The notes under the pieces: generated by a model
What the model was told of the DNA's origin: nothing
The model's database searches: none
Seen by the model: the letters and a program-made list of their open reading frames with translations, nothing else
Assembly: GCF_006345805.1 (NCBI RefSeq)
Contig: NC_043012.1
Location: 19,406,001-19,470,000, forward strand
Length of the DNA: 64,000 nucleotides
Reading direction: 5' to 3'
From: Octopus sinensis
Lineage: Eukaryota
Shown here: positions 40,095 to 53,731 of the stretch, one piece after another
Position numbering within the stretch: position 1 is the first letter of the stretch
How the letters are laid out: each line of letters starts with the position of its first letter
Program-made: the position numbers and the translations under genes

Positions 40095-40360
40095 TATACC
40101 ACATACCTAATGCTATCGACATGAATATACCTCATGATCTTTATATCTCGGCAAAAGAATTTGAGAAGCTCAGGCAGCATAAAGATCTACTCATTCAAAT
40201 TTAGAAAATATGGCATCTCATGGCACTTACGATACCAATGATTGTCGGTGCGCTAGGAATAATCAAAGAAAGAAATGAAAATTTCTTGAGAATGATCGCT
40301 AGCTGACCATCCCCGCAAGATCTATAACAGAATATTTTAACTGCTATGTTGCACGTCGAT
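40095..40360 (+). mobile_element. Old R4/Dong-like LINE endonuclease C-terminal fragment
   Basis: IDMNIPHD..ISAKEFEKLRQHKDLLIQI*KIWHL..LTIPMIVGALGIIK; homologous to the 45900-46080 and 42800-43070 regions. Confidence 0.75.
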
Positions 40361-40397
40361 CAGGCACTAATCAAGAAACCACTAAACCTATACATAT

Positions 40398-40620
40398 TTC
40401 TTTATTACCCACAAGGAGCTAAACACAGAGGGGACGAACAAGGACATACATAGGTATTAAGTCGATTACATCGACCCCAGTGCGTAACTGGTACTTAATT
40501 TATCGACCCCGAAAGGATGAAAGGCAAAGTCGACCTCGGCGGAATTTGAACTCACAACGTAACGCAGACGAAATACCGCTAAGCACTTCGCCCGGCGTGC
40601 TAACGTTTCTGCCAGCTCGC
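40398..40620 (-). mobile_element. tRNA-derived SINE family 2
   Basis: Near-identical to 15643-15869. Confidence 0.85.
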
Positions 40621-40946
40621 GAACCTATACAGCCTATTTCCCTACTACACTCCATGAGAAGCTTATTTAGTAAGGAATGAAAAATTTATATGTGATATTT
40701 GCAATATTTGCAGTCTAAGGAACAACGTAGAAACAACGTCTTTCGTTCCGTTTTCTTAATATTAGTATCATTTCAAATGCTACTGAGACCAATTTTAGTA
40801 TTCCTGCTTTCTTTGTCGATGATTTAAGTACGGATTAAACATTTGGGTCGGTCCAATTGACTAACTACCTCCTCACTAAAATTCAGATCTTGTCTACAGC
40901 TGAAATGGCTATTAAAATGATATCAGCTTTGGTACTTTTATTGGAA

Positions 40947-41067
40947 GTAATAGTAGTAGTAGTAATAGTACTACTACTAGTACTACTACTACTACTACTA
41001 CTACTAGTAGTAGTAGTAGTAGTAGTAGCAGTAGTAGTATTAGTAGCAGCAGCAGCAGCATCAGTTA

Positions 41068-41102
<35 letters not shown>
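40947..41102. repeat. (TAG)n/(CTA)n/(GTA)n microsatellite with internal strand switch
   Basis: TAG units switch to CTA at about 40970-41005 and then back. Confidence 0.9.
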
Positions 41103-41282
41103 CTAATGTCTGTAAGTATGAGATCATGGAGAACCACACTAACTTTGAACAGTGACAATGAATCTCTAAATGCTGGTAATGTAAAAATTTCATCCGGCAT
41201 TTTCCAGGGTGACTCACTATCACCACTCCTCTTCTGTTTAGCCTTAATACCTCTCTCAAAACTGCTCAATGACGCGCAGTAC
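41103..41282 (+). mobile_element. Isolated R4/Dong-like RT fragment
   Basis: MRSWRTTLTL...KISSGIFQGDSLSPLLFCLALIPLSKLL, containing the QGDSLSP motif typical of RLE-type non-LTR RTs; frame is open. Confidence 0.85.
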
Positions 41283-41428
41283 TGATAGTTTAATAGTAGT
41301 ATGGTACTCGGGAGGTGTTGTGTAAGCGGTTGTAATAGTCCATCTACATTACGTAAATGAGCAGTAGTAGTAGCAGTAACGGAAGCTTCATCCTCCTCCT
41401 CCTCATCATCATCATCATTGTTATCATA

Positions 41429-41738
<310 letters not shown>

Positions 41739-41789
41739 TATTATCATCATTATGAGTTTCGGCGGCAGCACTAGCAGCAGTAGAAACAA

Positions 41790-41837
<48 letters not shown>

Positions 41838-42264
41838 CAGCATTTAAAGGAAAAGGAATAAATTCTAACTGGAAAACTATCAAGAACATACTTCACAACT
41901 AGATAACTTCGAAGATTTCGACAGCCAACACTTAGACAGAATGTAAAATAATCGCAATCGACGTTTAAAAATGTAAAAAAAAGAACAGAAGATAATTGAG
42001 TTGTTATATCTCGTGTGAACATAGACAATAACAAATATTGATTACATCATTTGGAGAACAAACTTTTTTTAAAAGAAAATAATTTTAAACACTAACTGAA
42101 AACGAATGTTGTGAAAATTTCTTAGAATTAGATATTATAATTGCTTGCAGGTGATATAGTCACATGAAAAGAGAACACAATATTACTGGTATGTATTGTT
42201 TCCTACTAAACATTGGTGTATATTATAATGTTCGAAATAAGCAGTAATATAATTGTTTTCATCT

Positions 42265-42425
42265 TTTGGTACAAGATTAGAAAATTTGGGGGAGAAGGCT
42301 GAACCAATGACATCGACCCAAGAATTCATATGTTACTTGTTTATTAGACTTCGAAAGGATGAAAGGCAAAGTCCGCCTCAAATGCAGAATTTGAACTCAG
42401 AACGTAAAGACGGATAATATACTGC
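42265..42425 (-). mobile_element. Diverged SINE family 2 copy
   Basis: cgaaaggatgaaaggcaaagtc...gaatttgaactcagaacgtaa matches 40510-40562. Confidence 0.65.
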
Positions 42426-42480
42426 TGCTAGACATTACTTTAGTTATCACACCCTAATAATAATAATAATAATAATAATG

Positions 42481-42554
<74 letters not shown>

Positions 42555-42555
<1 letters not shown>

Positions 42556-43167
42556 TGCAGAATATGTGGAGAAGGAATATATTCACAGACATGACAAAGT
42601 TGGAACCTACATACATTGGAAGCTATGCCAACATTATGGAATAACAACAGAAAAAAGATGGTATAGGCACACACCAGAAAAGGTCACAGAAAACGAGAAA
42701 GCAACCATACTCTGGGATATGCCGATACACACAGATAGAGAAATTAAGGCCAACAGGCCAGATATAGTTGTCAGAGATCATGAAGAAAAACATGCTTTCT
42801 AATTGATGTATCAATACCGGCAGATGACAACGTGTCTCTAAAAGAAATGGAGAAACTCTCAAAATACAAAGACCTGGAAATAGAGGTAACCAGAATGTGG
42901 AATCTGAAAACAGAAACAATCCCTATCATAGTAGGTGCATTAGGCATGATAAAAAATATTCAGACAAATACATAACAAAAACACCAGGACTTACAAACAC
43001 ATATAACATACAGAAAATTGCACTACTAGGCACTGCACACATCCTACGCAGAACACTTTCCATACAATAACCATCAGAGCATCACAACAAATCACAACAC
43101 ATACCCAAGGCACACAGAGCTGCGCTCGGTAGTGAAGTGAAAGCACGCTATAAAAATAAAACTACTG
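42555..43167 (+). mobile_element. 5'-truncated R4/Dong-clade LINE (RLE domain plus 3' UTR) inserted in (AAT)n
   Basis: CRICG, YIHRHDKVG, ANRPDIVVRD, LIDVSIP, KEMEKLSKYKDLEIE, IPIIVGALG and LGTAHILRRTL; stop at 43070; (AAT)n on both sides, matching the known (AAY)n target of Dong elements. Confidence 0.9.
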
Positions 43168-43183
43168 AATAATAATAATAATA

Positions 43184-43288
<105 letters not shown>

Positions 43289-43364
43289 GCAATAATAATA
43301 ATAATAATAATAATAACAACAACAACGACAACAACAACAATAATAATAATAATTCTGTCTGCTG

Positions 43365-43553
43365 GATGCACAAGGCCTCAAATTTAGGGTAAAGGATTAA
43401 GTTGATTCCATGGACCCCAGTGCTGAATTTATCGAATCCGGAACGATGAAAAGCAAAGTCAACCTCGGCGGAATTTGAGCTCATAACGTAACTACAGAGG
43501 AAATACCGCTATGTATTTTGCCCGGCGTGCTAACGATTCTGCCAGCTCACCAC
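43365..43553 (-). mobile_element. SINE family 2 copy
   Basis: gatgaaaagcaaagtcaacctcggcggaatttgagctc...gcccggcgtgctaacgattctgccagctc. Confidence 0.8.
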
Positions 43554-45454
43554 CGTAATCATAATAATGATGATGATGATTTCAAATTTTGGCACAAGGC
43601 GAGCCACGTCAGGGCAGTGGGTTCTCAATTATATAGATTCCACTGCTTTAACTGGTACTTTCTTCATCGATCCCCCACAAAATATAAGGTGAAACACCTC
43701 GTGAAGACTGGTTTGTAACTGAACTGCATCATTCAGTCATGGATTTACATTTGAAACAATACTGAAATGCCTAATAAAATAAATTTGCTTTCTGTGCTCT
43801 CTCAAACAGTACAATAAATGTAAACGAGGATTCTTCAAAATTCTTTTGAAGCGGAAGAACAAAAAGCATGTTTAATATAACATTACGATTCATTAACTAC
43901 TGTTGCTAAACATTACTTAGTTATAAACCCAGATTGTATCTTAAGATCCCAGGTATCAATATACATCTTTAAATTTCCTATGACAGAAACAGACAGACAC
44001 ACATACACAAACACACAACCACAAACACGCACAAATGTTATGTGCATCCTCAAAATATGAGCGCTCGACCTTCGGTACCAAAACATTTGAATAGCATTTA
44101 ATCAATGTCACCGCAAACCAGAAACGTGCTGAAATTATTGATATTCTATTCTCACCCGGAGCTGCGTTTCGTTAAGTGTGTTTTCAGAATATATGGAATG
44201 ACTTCTAAGTGGTATACAAACATTATATTTTAAACGAAGCAGCAAATTGAAATCACGTTAGGTTTTCATTTTTTTTTTTTCCAAATATTGCTAATATGAA
44301 TTTAACAAAATCCAGTGCAGATCGTAAATTCATTCGTGATTCTTAATTACTATTGATATTGACTCTACTTATAATGATTTTTTTTTCTGTTATAGACCTG
44401 TTATTAAGAGTTAATTCTTCCCTACAGAGCTCCTGGATTTACTGTTTTGGGAAATTGCATCGGCAACATCCACTTATAATGTCATACAGCCATCCCTCGA
44501 ATTTGCCACTTTGATGGAGCATGACTGACAAAAGTCCTGACACAGTGACTGATATATCTCATCTGAATATGACTGGTGAAGCAGCTGATCTCATTTTCAA
44601 TATTATTTCAACAACTGTATAAGGAATTCATACGCATATACATACATATATATGCATCCATCTGTCCATATACGTACATGCGTACGTAGATGTACGCACA
44701 CACATACGCACACAAACGAATACATATATGGTTATATTTCACTGTCTACATCCTAATTCTGCGCGCCTCGATAACATATTTACTTACCATAGAGCAATCG
44801 TTTGAAAATTCATGACGATGAGCATAACGTTGTGTTTACTGGTGAAATATCTTCGTTTGGTTGGCAATAAATATGAAATCATATGGTTATTCAATTTATT
44901 TTCCTATCAATGATGAGATAAATTACAGTAACACATTTATGACTAATGTTAATTAATTGAAATCAAAGTATTAATTGAGATTCAAATTATTAGATATCTC
45001 TTTAAACTTGCTGAATATTACTTCATTAATATGCGATGTATTTGCAGATTTATAATAAATCAAATTTTATTGAAATTTCATTTTGATCTTATATTACAAT
45101 ATACTCAAATTTATCTTATTAGTACCATATGTTTGTGGTATATGGAAATATTATATTTTATAGAGAGGAAAACTTTAATGTTCAAATAAAATCGTGTACA
45201 TTTATGAATTCATAAACCTTTAAGATAATACACCAAAGGAATACACATTATAGATCTTTATTACATCGTGTGAACGTCTCTGTATATCTAATTCGCTAAG
45301 CCATATATTAATACGTACACCTCGCCATTCTAAATTCTTTATCATTTTTTTCTCCACAGTGGTAGACAGTACGTCAATCGAATGCAGTCAATAATGTACC
45401 TGACGTGTATATTAGCGTACAGGAAAGTGCGGCAACTGTCCTTGCAAAGAAATC

Positions 45455-46082
45455 GGAAATTAATGGTAACGGAGTTCAAGGCTGAGGACAGAGAGTGAAA
45501 ACTTCATTTTAGCTGCTGAAGGGCAAAGCTTATTGACCTGGAACCAAACCATCGCGATGAAAAATAGAGTAGATTCAAAATTCCGTTTCTGCTATTATGT
45601 GAATGAAAGAGTGGGTCATCTTATCTCTGGATATAAAGTTTTAGCACCAGGGGAATATAAATCAAGACATGGCAAATATGGCTAAGCTGGTTAATATGTC
45701 GGTATTATAAAATCAAAGCTGCCCACAAGACGTATAATCACCATCCTGAGGCTGTAACTGAGGGAGGAAATGTAACGATTCTTTTGGACATTCCATGACA
45801 TACACTCAAAACTATCAAAGCTAATAAACCCGTTATTGTTGTGAAAGATCAAAGCAATAGAGCCTGTTTATTGTTCGACAAGAGAACACATTATGATCAT
45901 AAGTATATTGGCAAAAGAATTTGAGAAGGTATAAAGATTTGCTCATTCAAATTGAGAAAATGTGGATTCTCATGGTGCTTACAATACCAGTAATTGTCGG
46001 TGAGCTAGGAATAATAAAAAAAAGAAATAAAAATTATTTGACAATGATCACTAGCTTTTTATCTGCATTAGAAGTACAAAAA
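45455..46082 (+). mobile_element. Old decayed R4/Dong-like LINE (zinc knuckle plus RLE region)
   Basis: ENFILAAEGQSLLTWN, a degenerate CCHC (FRFC...GHLISGY), YKSRH, IKANKPVIVVKD and KDLLIQIEKMW..IPVIVGELGIIKK. Confidence 0.8.
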
Positions 46083-46084
46083 GA

Positions 46085-46504
46085 CGGAACGACCCAACAC
46101 GGCTCTTCAAGAGAAAAGACCTAATCGGCAGCATGGAGTTCTTCTGTTGCACGACAACATCCGCCCTCAGATCGCCAATATGACCAAGGAAGCCATTTTA
46201 CGCATGGCTGGGAAGTGCTGCCACATCTGCCCTACTCTCCTGATTTGGCATTAATGGATTTCCACCTCTTTCGATCTCTTTCAAATGCTATGCACAGAGT
46301 TTCCTTCGGTACTGATGCAGAATTGAGAGCTTCGTTAAAATCGGATGATTTCTACCAACTAGTTATTGAAAATCTTGTTGAACGTTGGGAAGAAGTTGTA
46401 AACAACAAGGGTGAATACATTATTAATAAATTAGTTACTATTTTTTATTAAACCTTTTAAAAATTTAAAATTGAAGAAACGGCGGGAATTTTGCCAACCT
46501 AATA
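46085..46504 (+). mobile_element. mariner transposase C-terminal relic with 3' TIR
   Basis: GVLLLHDNIRP, GWEVLPHLPYSPDLALMDFHLFRSL and ENLVERWEEVVNNKGEYI; ends ttgccaacctaaTA. Confidence 0.85.
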
Positions 46505-47160
46505 GTAAATACTTTCCTGGATACAAAGGTTAGTATGGGGATAACGTGTGGGGAATGATGTAACGAATGTGCAGATTACTCTGAATCAAACAGAGTCTGC
46601 AATTAATTATTAGCTCATTGCCCTTATTAATTAAGACCCGTCGTGGGCTCTAATGTCGACGGCATTGGACTTCATTATGTAAATTAGTTTGTTGACGAAC
46701 AGTGTTTACTGAATATTCATCTGTCACTTATTCAACATTACTGACTTTTGTTGAACTTGTAATAAGTTTGTATTCAGTATATATGATTTGTATGCGTTGT
46801 TCTTGGGTGTATCTTACATTTCTGCAAATAAAGCTGGTTCATTCTTGTTTTGTTTGCTTATATTTGTATCTTCCCTATTTCGATAGGCAATATATCTCTT
46901 AGGATGGAAGGAAAATTAGATTTTACAGCGAATGTTACTGAGTGAACGACTATGAATACAACTGAATGATACTTTAAGTCTGTACTCGTGAAACATTGTT
47001 TTCATCGATGGAGGATTCTTCATTTGGCGTTTGGTTGTTCTTTCTTCTTATCAAGTCATCCAATAAGTTCTGTCCGATCTTACATATTTTAAAATTGAAT
47101 GAAATTTAATAATATTTTGGAATATATAATGGAATTAAAAATGATGTTTATGCATTTGTG

Positions 47161-47330
47161 TACATTTAAACATTATTTACATTATTTACAATTGACGGAT
47201 ATTTGTCCTCATCTTGTTTGTTAACACAACGTTTCGGCTGACATACCCTCCAGGCTTCACCAGGTATCTTGGGGAAATTTCGAACCTGAGTTTTTCGATG
47301 TTGTTGTTGTTGTTTTTGTTGTTGTTGTTG

Positions 47331-47365
<35 letters not shown>

Positions 47366-47537
47366 TTATTATTATTATTATTATTATTATTGTTATTATT
47401 ATTCAGGTCACTCCCTGGAATCGAACTCGGAATCTTGGAGTTATTACCCACGCTCTTAACCATACTTATGGCGTTGTGTTTATGAGTACGGGCTATTAAC
47501 CCGAAGAGTTCGAGTTCGATTCCAGGAAGTGTCTTGA

Positions 47538-47571
<34 letters not shown>

Positions 47572-47622
47572 TAATAATAATATAATAATAATAATAATAA
47601 TATAATAATAACATAATAATAA

Positions 47623-47680
<58 letters not shown>

Positions 47681-48252
47681 GCCCTGATGCAGTACCAGGC
47701 AGTGGCTCTCATGGCTTCTGATCTTAACTGATTGGAAGTGTTATCATGTACATTGTTTTATCTTGGTATAAAAGATGGGCTACAGCAAATATTCTGCTCA
47801 ATACCACAGATTTGCTTGTCAGTTGTTTGACCTTAACCAGTTGAGCATGTCCCTTAGTGGCTGATGATATGTGCATCTCTGACCACGAGCAGAAGTAAGT
47901 GGGGGAGCATCATAGCCATGTGTTGAGAGTGATTCTTTGGGGTTTGAATAGTTCACCTCTGGAAACATGGGTGGTTCTTTCAACATCCTTAAACAACCCT
48001 TATTCAGGGACCGTTTGAGCGGGATGGGCTACTCAACCAGAAAAAATTCTAACTGGGGCCACCTGCAAGGTCATGTGCTGTTTCTCTTTATCTTGATATG
48101 AGATCACCATGTCGCGCACATATGTTGTGATGCATGTGCCTGGTGTACCTTTATCAGACGGTTAGTCATGATGGGTATATTGGGCTTCGTATATTTTACC
48201 CCAGTGTCACTTTGATGGCATTAACTGCTCTCTCACTCACATCAATAATAAA

Positions 48253-48284
<32 letters not shown>

Positions 48285-48302
48285 TAATAATAATAATAAT
48301 AA

Positions 48303-48333
<31 letters not shown>

Positions 48334-48524
48334 AAGAAGAAGAAGAAGACCGAAAAATAACTTAGGAAGGAGAACCCAAGTTCAAAATTTCCCGAAGACA
48401 CCTGATGAAGGCTGGAGGACATATGAGCCGAAATGTGTTAACAAACAAGATGAGGACAAATGTACGTCAATTGTAAATAATGTAAATAATGTACATAATT
48501 GCTCATCTCTTAAATATTGAACTC
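47161..48524. mobile_element. Head-to-head inverted pair of the tRNA-head/hammerhead element, plus copy interrupted by an insertion
   Basis: Minus copy about 47161-47462. Plus copy: head 47467-47540 (B box gagttcgattcc), (AAT)n, insert 47681-48243, (AAT)(AAG)n, CTGATGA at 48402-48408, GAAA at 48430-48433, tail to 48524. Confidence 0.85.
47681..48243. mobile_element. Unclassified non-coding insertion (about 560 bp) within an (AAT)n tract
   Basis: GC-richer block with sharp edges, flanked by (AAT)n on both sides, splitting an otherwise colinear element. Confidence 0.65.
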
Positions 48525-48544
48525 TCTGTACATTCAAACTAATT

Positions 48545-49630
48545 ATTATTTTACACGATAATAGAATTAAAATTACTTTGAATAAAACCCTTTCTAACAT
48601 GGAAGTATCCAAAGAGCATTTGAGGCATATAATGTTTTATGATTATAAGAAAAGGAAACTCTGCAGCCGAACCGACTCAGTTTATGGGGGAGAATGCTTG
48701 AATGAAAGGGCTTGCAGAAGATGGTTTGCAAAATTCAGAAGTGGAAATTTTAGCCTTGAAGATGAAGATCGAACAGGACGTCCAGTTGAGTTTGATGATA
48801 AGTTCTTTGAGGCATTACCTGAAGAGAATCCTGCTTTATCAGTTGAAGAATTGGCAATAGAACTTAGTACAAACCATACAACTGTTCATTGTCATCTTCA
48901 ACAACTTGGAAAATGGGTACCTCGTATATTGTCCGAAAGCAACCGCAAGTCTCGAGTTGACATCTGCTCTTCTCTCTATTCTCGCGAACTCATTTCACCC
49001 TTTTTGGATAGACTTGTAACTGATAACGCGATATGGATCTTCTATCGAAATGTTAAACGTCGTAAACAGTGGCTTGGTAAAAGGTTAAAAACTCAACCAC
49101 AACCGAAAAGGGAACATCATGGGAAAAAGGTTCTTCTCTCTATCTAGTGGGATTGCAAAGGAATAATTCATTTTGAATTGTTATCACCTAATGCAATAAT
49201 CAATGCTCAAGTCTACTCTCAGCAATTAGAGAGTTTGAACCAAACTTTGAAGAAAAAAGACCCGCTTTAGTGAATCGAAAAGGAGTGATGTTTCATCAGG
49301 ACAATGCGCAACCCCACGCTGCAAATATCACATCACAGAAGATCGAAGAGCATGATTGGGAAAAAATTCCTCATCGACCGTAAATCTCCCGAACTTGCTC
49401 CTTCAGACTATCATTTGTTTCGTAGTTTACAGAACCATTTGGGGGACATAACTTTCGCAAGCCAGGAGGAGGTCGAGACTGACATTTCAAAGTTCCCCGC
49501 TTTGAAACCAAAAGAGTTTTACATTGATGGCATTAAAGAACTTGTAAATAGATGGAAGGAAGTCATAGAAAATCAGGGAAAGTACATTGATGATTAAATT
49601 TCAAAATTTTGATAAATCTCATAAAGTCAA
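48545..49630 (+). mobile_element. Near-complete mariner (DD34D-type) transposase pseudogene
   Basis: ATG at 48599; RRWFAKFRSGNFSLEDEDRTGRP, GKWVP, RLVTD, FHQDNAQPH and SPELAPSDYHLFRSLQNHL; stop at 49597; internal stops and frameshifts. Confidence 0.9.
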
Positions 49631-49639
49631 TTTTTGCAT

Positions 49640-50620
49640 GCACTTTGACCAAAGTCTATGGTCGTTGTCATGTGTTCTGGCAGTGGGTGGATCCAGCACA
49701 TCGCGATTGCAGTGCTTCACATGTTCAATGACTTGTATGCCTTCCCTGGGTGTTGAAAACAGTCATACACCGTAGATTATATGGAGTGTATGAGGCAGTT
49801 CACAAAAACTATTGGCATCTATACGCATACCCCGAGGAAAGCTTCCTCCAGTTCCACAGGTGTTGTCGGCCTTCGGAAAACTTAGTTAAGATGTCTCTGG
49901 ATTTCATCCCGCTGGTGTTCCATTGGGTTCAGATCCGGGCTGAGAACCGACCACAACATGTTTCTGATGTTGTGCTGCACTGTGAGACCATTCCCTCTGC
50001 CTGCACCAACTTTTCGGAACAGATGGGGTCCAATTCTCCGATTAAGGCCTATAACACCCCATCCATGGTGCATTGGCCACCACACGGATCCCTCTTCATG
50101 ACACATGCGTCTGTGTAGCGTTTACCCCTCCTACGCCACAACCTCACTCTCCCATCCGAGCTGCAAACGTAGTACCGGCTCTCGTCAGAGAAGACTATCG
50201 ACCTCCATTGTTGATGCCGCCAATATCGCTGCTGTGTAGCGCAGTGTGTAACGTCCCTTAGAGTGGTGGGTGGTGAGGACATGCCCACGAGCAGCACGAC
50301 GGCAACGCAGGTTGTTGGCGACCAGTCGATATCGCTGATGAGTCAATGCTCAGTGCCAATGTTCTCGCGAGTTGCATTCCCGCCGGTCTGAAGTAATCAC
50401 ACAGGTGCCGCATGTGGATGAAGCGGTCCTACCTGGGCGTTTTTTACCGGGCGCCCTCAACGAGCACGGTCTGTGTTGTTGCATTGCTATTGCAGGCGAT
50501 AGATGGTGCCGACATGGATATTATAATATTTCGCAACTACCAGGGTATGATACACTGCTTGCAATCGGCCGAAGGCTTGATGTCTCTGTGCTGCTGATAA
50601 TCGGGTCATACTTGATGCGT
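49640..50620 (-). mobile_element. Tc1-type (DDxE) transposase relic
   Basis: WRSIVFSDESR...DGRVRLWRRRGKRY (about 50120-50210) and SPDLNPMEH (49915-49941). Confidence 0.85.
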
Positions 50621-52131
50621 AAATTACGAATGCCAGGAACACGGTTCGAGTTGATATTTATATCCATAACCTCCACGAGATGCACTTCGATTTCGGTTTT
50701 GTATTATAATCTTCTAATTACTTTTCTATTTTTTCATATGATATGCATCATAAGATTCTAATGTATTTGACTGTTCCCCCAAAGATATTTGGGTTGATTA
50801 CAGACTATGGTTCATTGAAGGTATCGCTAGAGGACATTTTTGGCAGCAGAAGACTCATTTACTCTTACAGACTTAAAATATATCCGTTTACTGTAACCTA
50901 TACCTTTATATTCTCTTGAATTATTTGATATTCATCATACAGATATGACTTCTCTGAAACATCAGTGATGGCTCCTCCATCGCTTCAAGGAGGAGTATTC
51001 AATTATTTCATTCAGAGAAACCACTATTCGTTAAGTAAACGTCTGAGGTTACGTTCATTACATAGACATGTGAAGTAGCCATAGTGTATTTTTGTGTTCA
51101 ATCCACATGGCATGACACTCGCGACATGTCTAAATATTTGAATTAATTGTTCAGTTAATCTCATTAGTTTCTACATAGTTTCCCCCCACCCAATTTAACT
51201 CCAGACAGCTTGGGATGATCCAAGATTATTGTAAAATCTCCACGACAAACATGCTTCGACTCGTCAACTTATGTTCACGAACACATATTTTGATCTACTG
51301 AAACATGTTGGCAACCGCAAATTTACATTTACTTATATATCTTTCCTTAATTCTGCAGATATAACGAACTGATTTTTCTGAACACCTATACTTACATGAA
51401 TAGATTTTAAGAATTACGAGATAATGTTACAGATGTAATGTCAACAAAAACAGAACATCATGTCTAATATAGGATACTATAATTACTACCTGTGTTCACC
51501 CATGGAGAATTTAATGTAAGTTCATACTTACACACACACACACACACACACACATGCACAAACACGCATGCACGCACACACACGTTCACACACATACATA
51601 TGTATATATGGTGGCCTTTGTAAATATATCAGCGCGTGCTTGTGTGCATATGTATGCTCATATATTGACAGGTATTAAAAATTAAAAGAGCAAATAACAC
51701 ATAGATAAATAACATTGAACTATACAGGGAAACAATGAATGCTATTTAAATACTCTTGTAATATTTCCTGGTTTGTATACATCATATATTTCCATTTATC
51801 ATTTAATAGATTTTTCTCTATTGTTAAACTGGAAAACATGTATATTACTAGTGCATATCGATTGTAGATTGAATTTTATCTCTTTTTTTTTTCACTCACT
51901 TTAGCATCTCTTACATTTTGTAACTTACTACATATTTATACATATATATAAGTAAGCATCTCACCTACATACAAATTTGTATCAGAATTTTGCATTTTTT
52001 CGTGTGATTCTAGTATATAATCAAAGTATAATGATACGTATTATTCTTGTTCAAGCGCCTTACAGAATTCTTTTGCTATGCATATCAAATCTATTCAAAA
52101 ATAATATAATATACATATACATATACATACA

Positions 52132-52241
<110 letters not shown>

Positions 52242-53319
52242 AGAAGTATATGATCACGTTTCCCGGTAGAATTATTTCAATTTAATTATCTGCTAAGAAT
52301 TCAAATGATGTTCTATTGTCATGCATTAATTTCCCCCAACAGGTTTAGAAAACTTTTATTTTTTTATTCAGAATATTTTAATATTTTAAATGAAATTGCT
52401 GCAACTAATAAATAAATATTTATTTCCAGAATAGTAAACAGTATAACATTGTAAGTAAGACAATAGAACCAGAGTTTAAATATAACGAAATCATTTTTTA
52501 AAAAAAGCCGAAGATAGTTGTGTGTAGAGATGCAAATCTATTAGAATGATATTGTGCATTATCAGAACAAAGGTTAAGATTTTATCTCCATACTAACCGT
52601 TGGAAATCTGTAGGACATATCAATACATACATACATATTTACATGCATACATACATACCTATAAGCATACATACACACATACACACATACACACATTCAT
52701 ACCCACTTGCATGCATATATATATATATAGAGAGAGAGAGAGATGCAGACAGACAGACATACAGACAGACAAATAGTAAACATAGGAGGTTTATGAACGA
52801 TCCTGTAGAGGGTATTATCACACTCTTCACTAGATTTCATTCTGGTCAGTAACTATTTTGCGTGTATTAGTTGAATTTCTAATCCAAGGATATGCATTTC
52901 TCACTGCCGTGAAAATTTAGGATATATATATTCTGAACTGGTGATCTTGATGAATACCTCATTACAATTCATGCCAATATCATAAGTAAAAAGGTGATAC
53001 ACATGCAAAGTATACGTACATATATAAAATACTCGTTAGAACGTTCATACATGAGCAGTGATAGAAGCAATGCTGTCTGGTTGCCAAGCTTCCGTTATAA
53101 CCAGTAATTTCGAGCTGAGTTCCACTAAACAACACTACAGCCACGCGGCAATAAATGTCTTCTTTATGAACTTGGTTGACTATAGCATATCGTGCGTGTA
53201 TATATATATATAAACTTAAAATGAGGGTTAAAATTGGATATTAATTTGTTTAACATCAATTTAAAACCAGTGGTCTAGCATACTAAGATCTGAAGGTTCA
53301 GTATATATATATATTCATC

Positions 53320-53623
53320 TTGATATTCACCGTGACCGACCAGGCTAGCATATATTGCTACACATCGCTGGTCACAATGCGCTTCGTATTCTTTTAGCCT
53401 TCGAAGGATGCCACCCCGCTGGCTAAGCGAGCAGGCCAACAGAAGAAAGAATGAGAGAAAGTTGTGGCGAAAGAGTACAACAGGGATCGCCACCACCTGC
53501 CGGAGCTCGAATAGCTTTAGGTGTTTTCGTTCAATAAACACTCACAACGCCCGGTCTGGGAATCGAAACCGCGATCCTACAACCGCGAGTCCGCTGCCAT
53601 AACCACTGGGTCATTGCGCCTCC
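53320..53623 (-). mobile_element. tRNA-derived SINE family 3, tail type B
   Basis: Minus strand ggaggcgcaatgacccagtggtta...ggtttcgattcc (A and B boxes); body shared with 12576-12870, 3' part different. Confidence 0.85.
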
Positions 53624-53646
53624 ACACACACATATATATATGTATA

Positions 53647-53686
<40 letters not shown>

Positions 53687-53695
53687 TTGTTTGTG

Positions 53696-53731
<36 letters not shown>

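Noticed and set aside
47681-47745. Faint resemblance of the insert's left end to U2 snRNA motifs (atgcagtac-cagg)
   Set aside because: Matches are short and on inconsistent strands; not supportable by eye.
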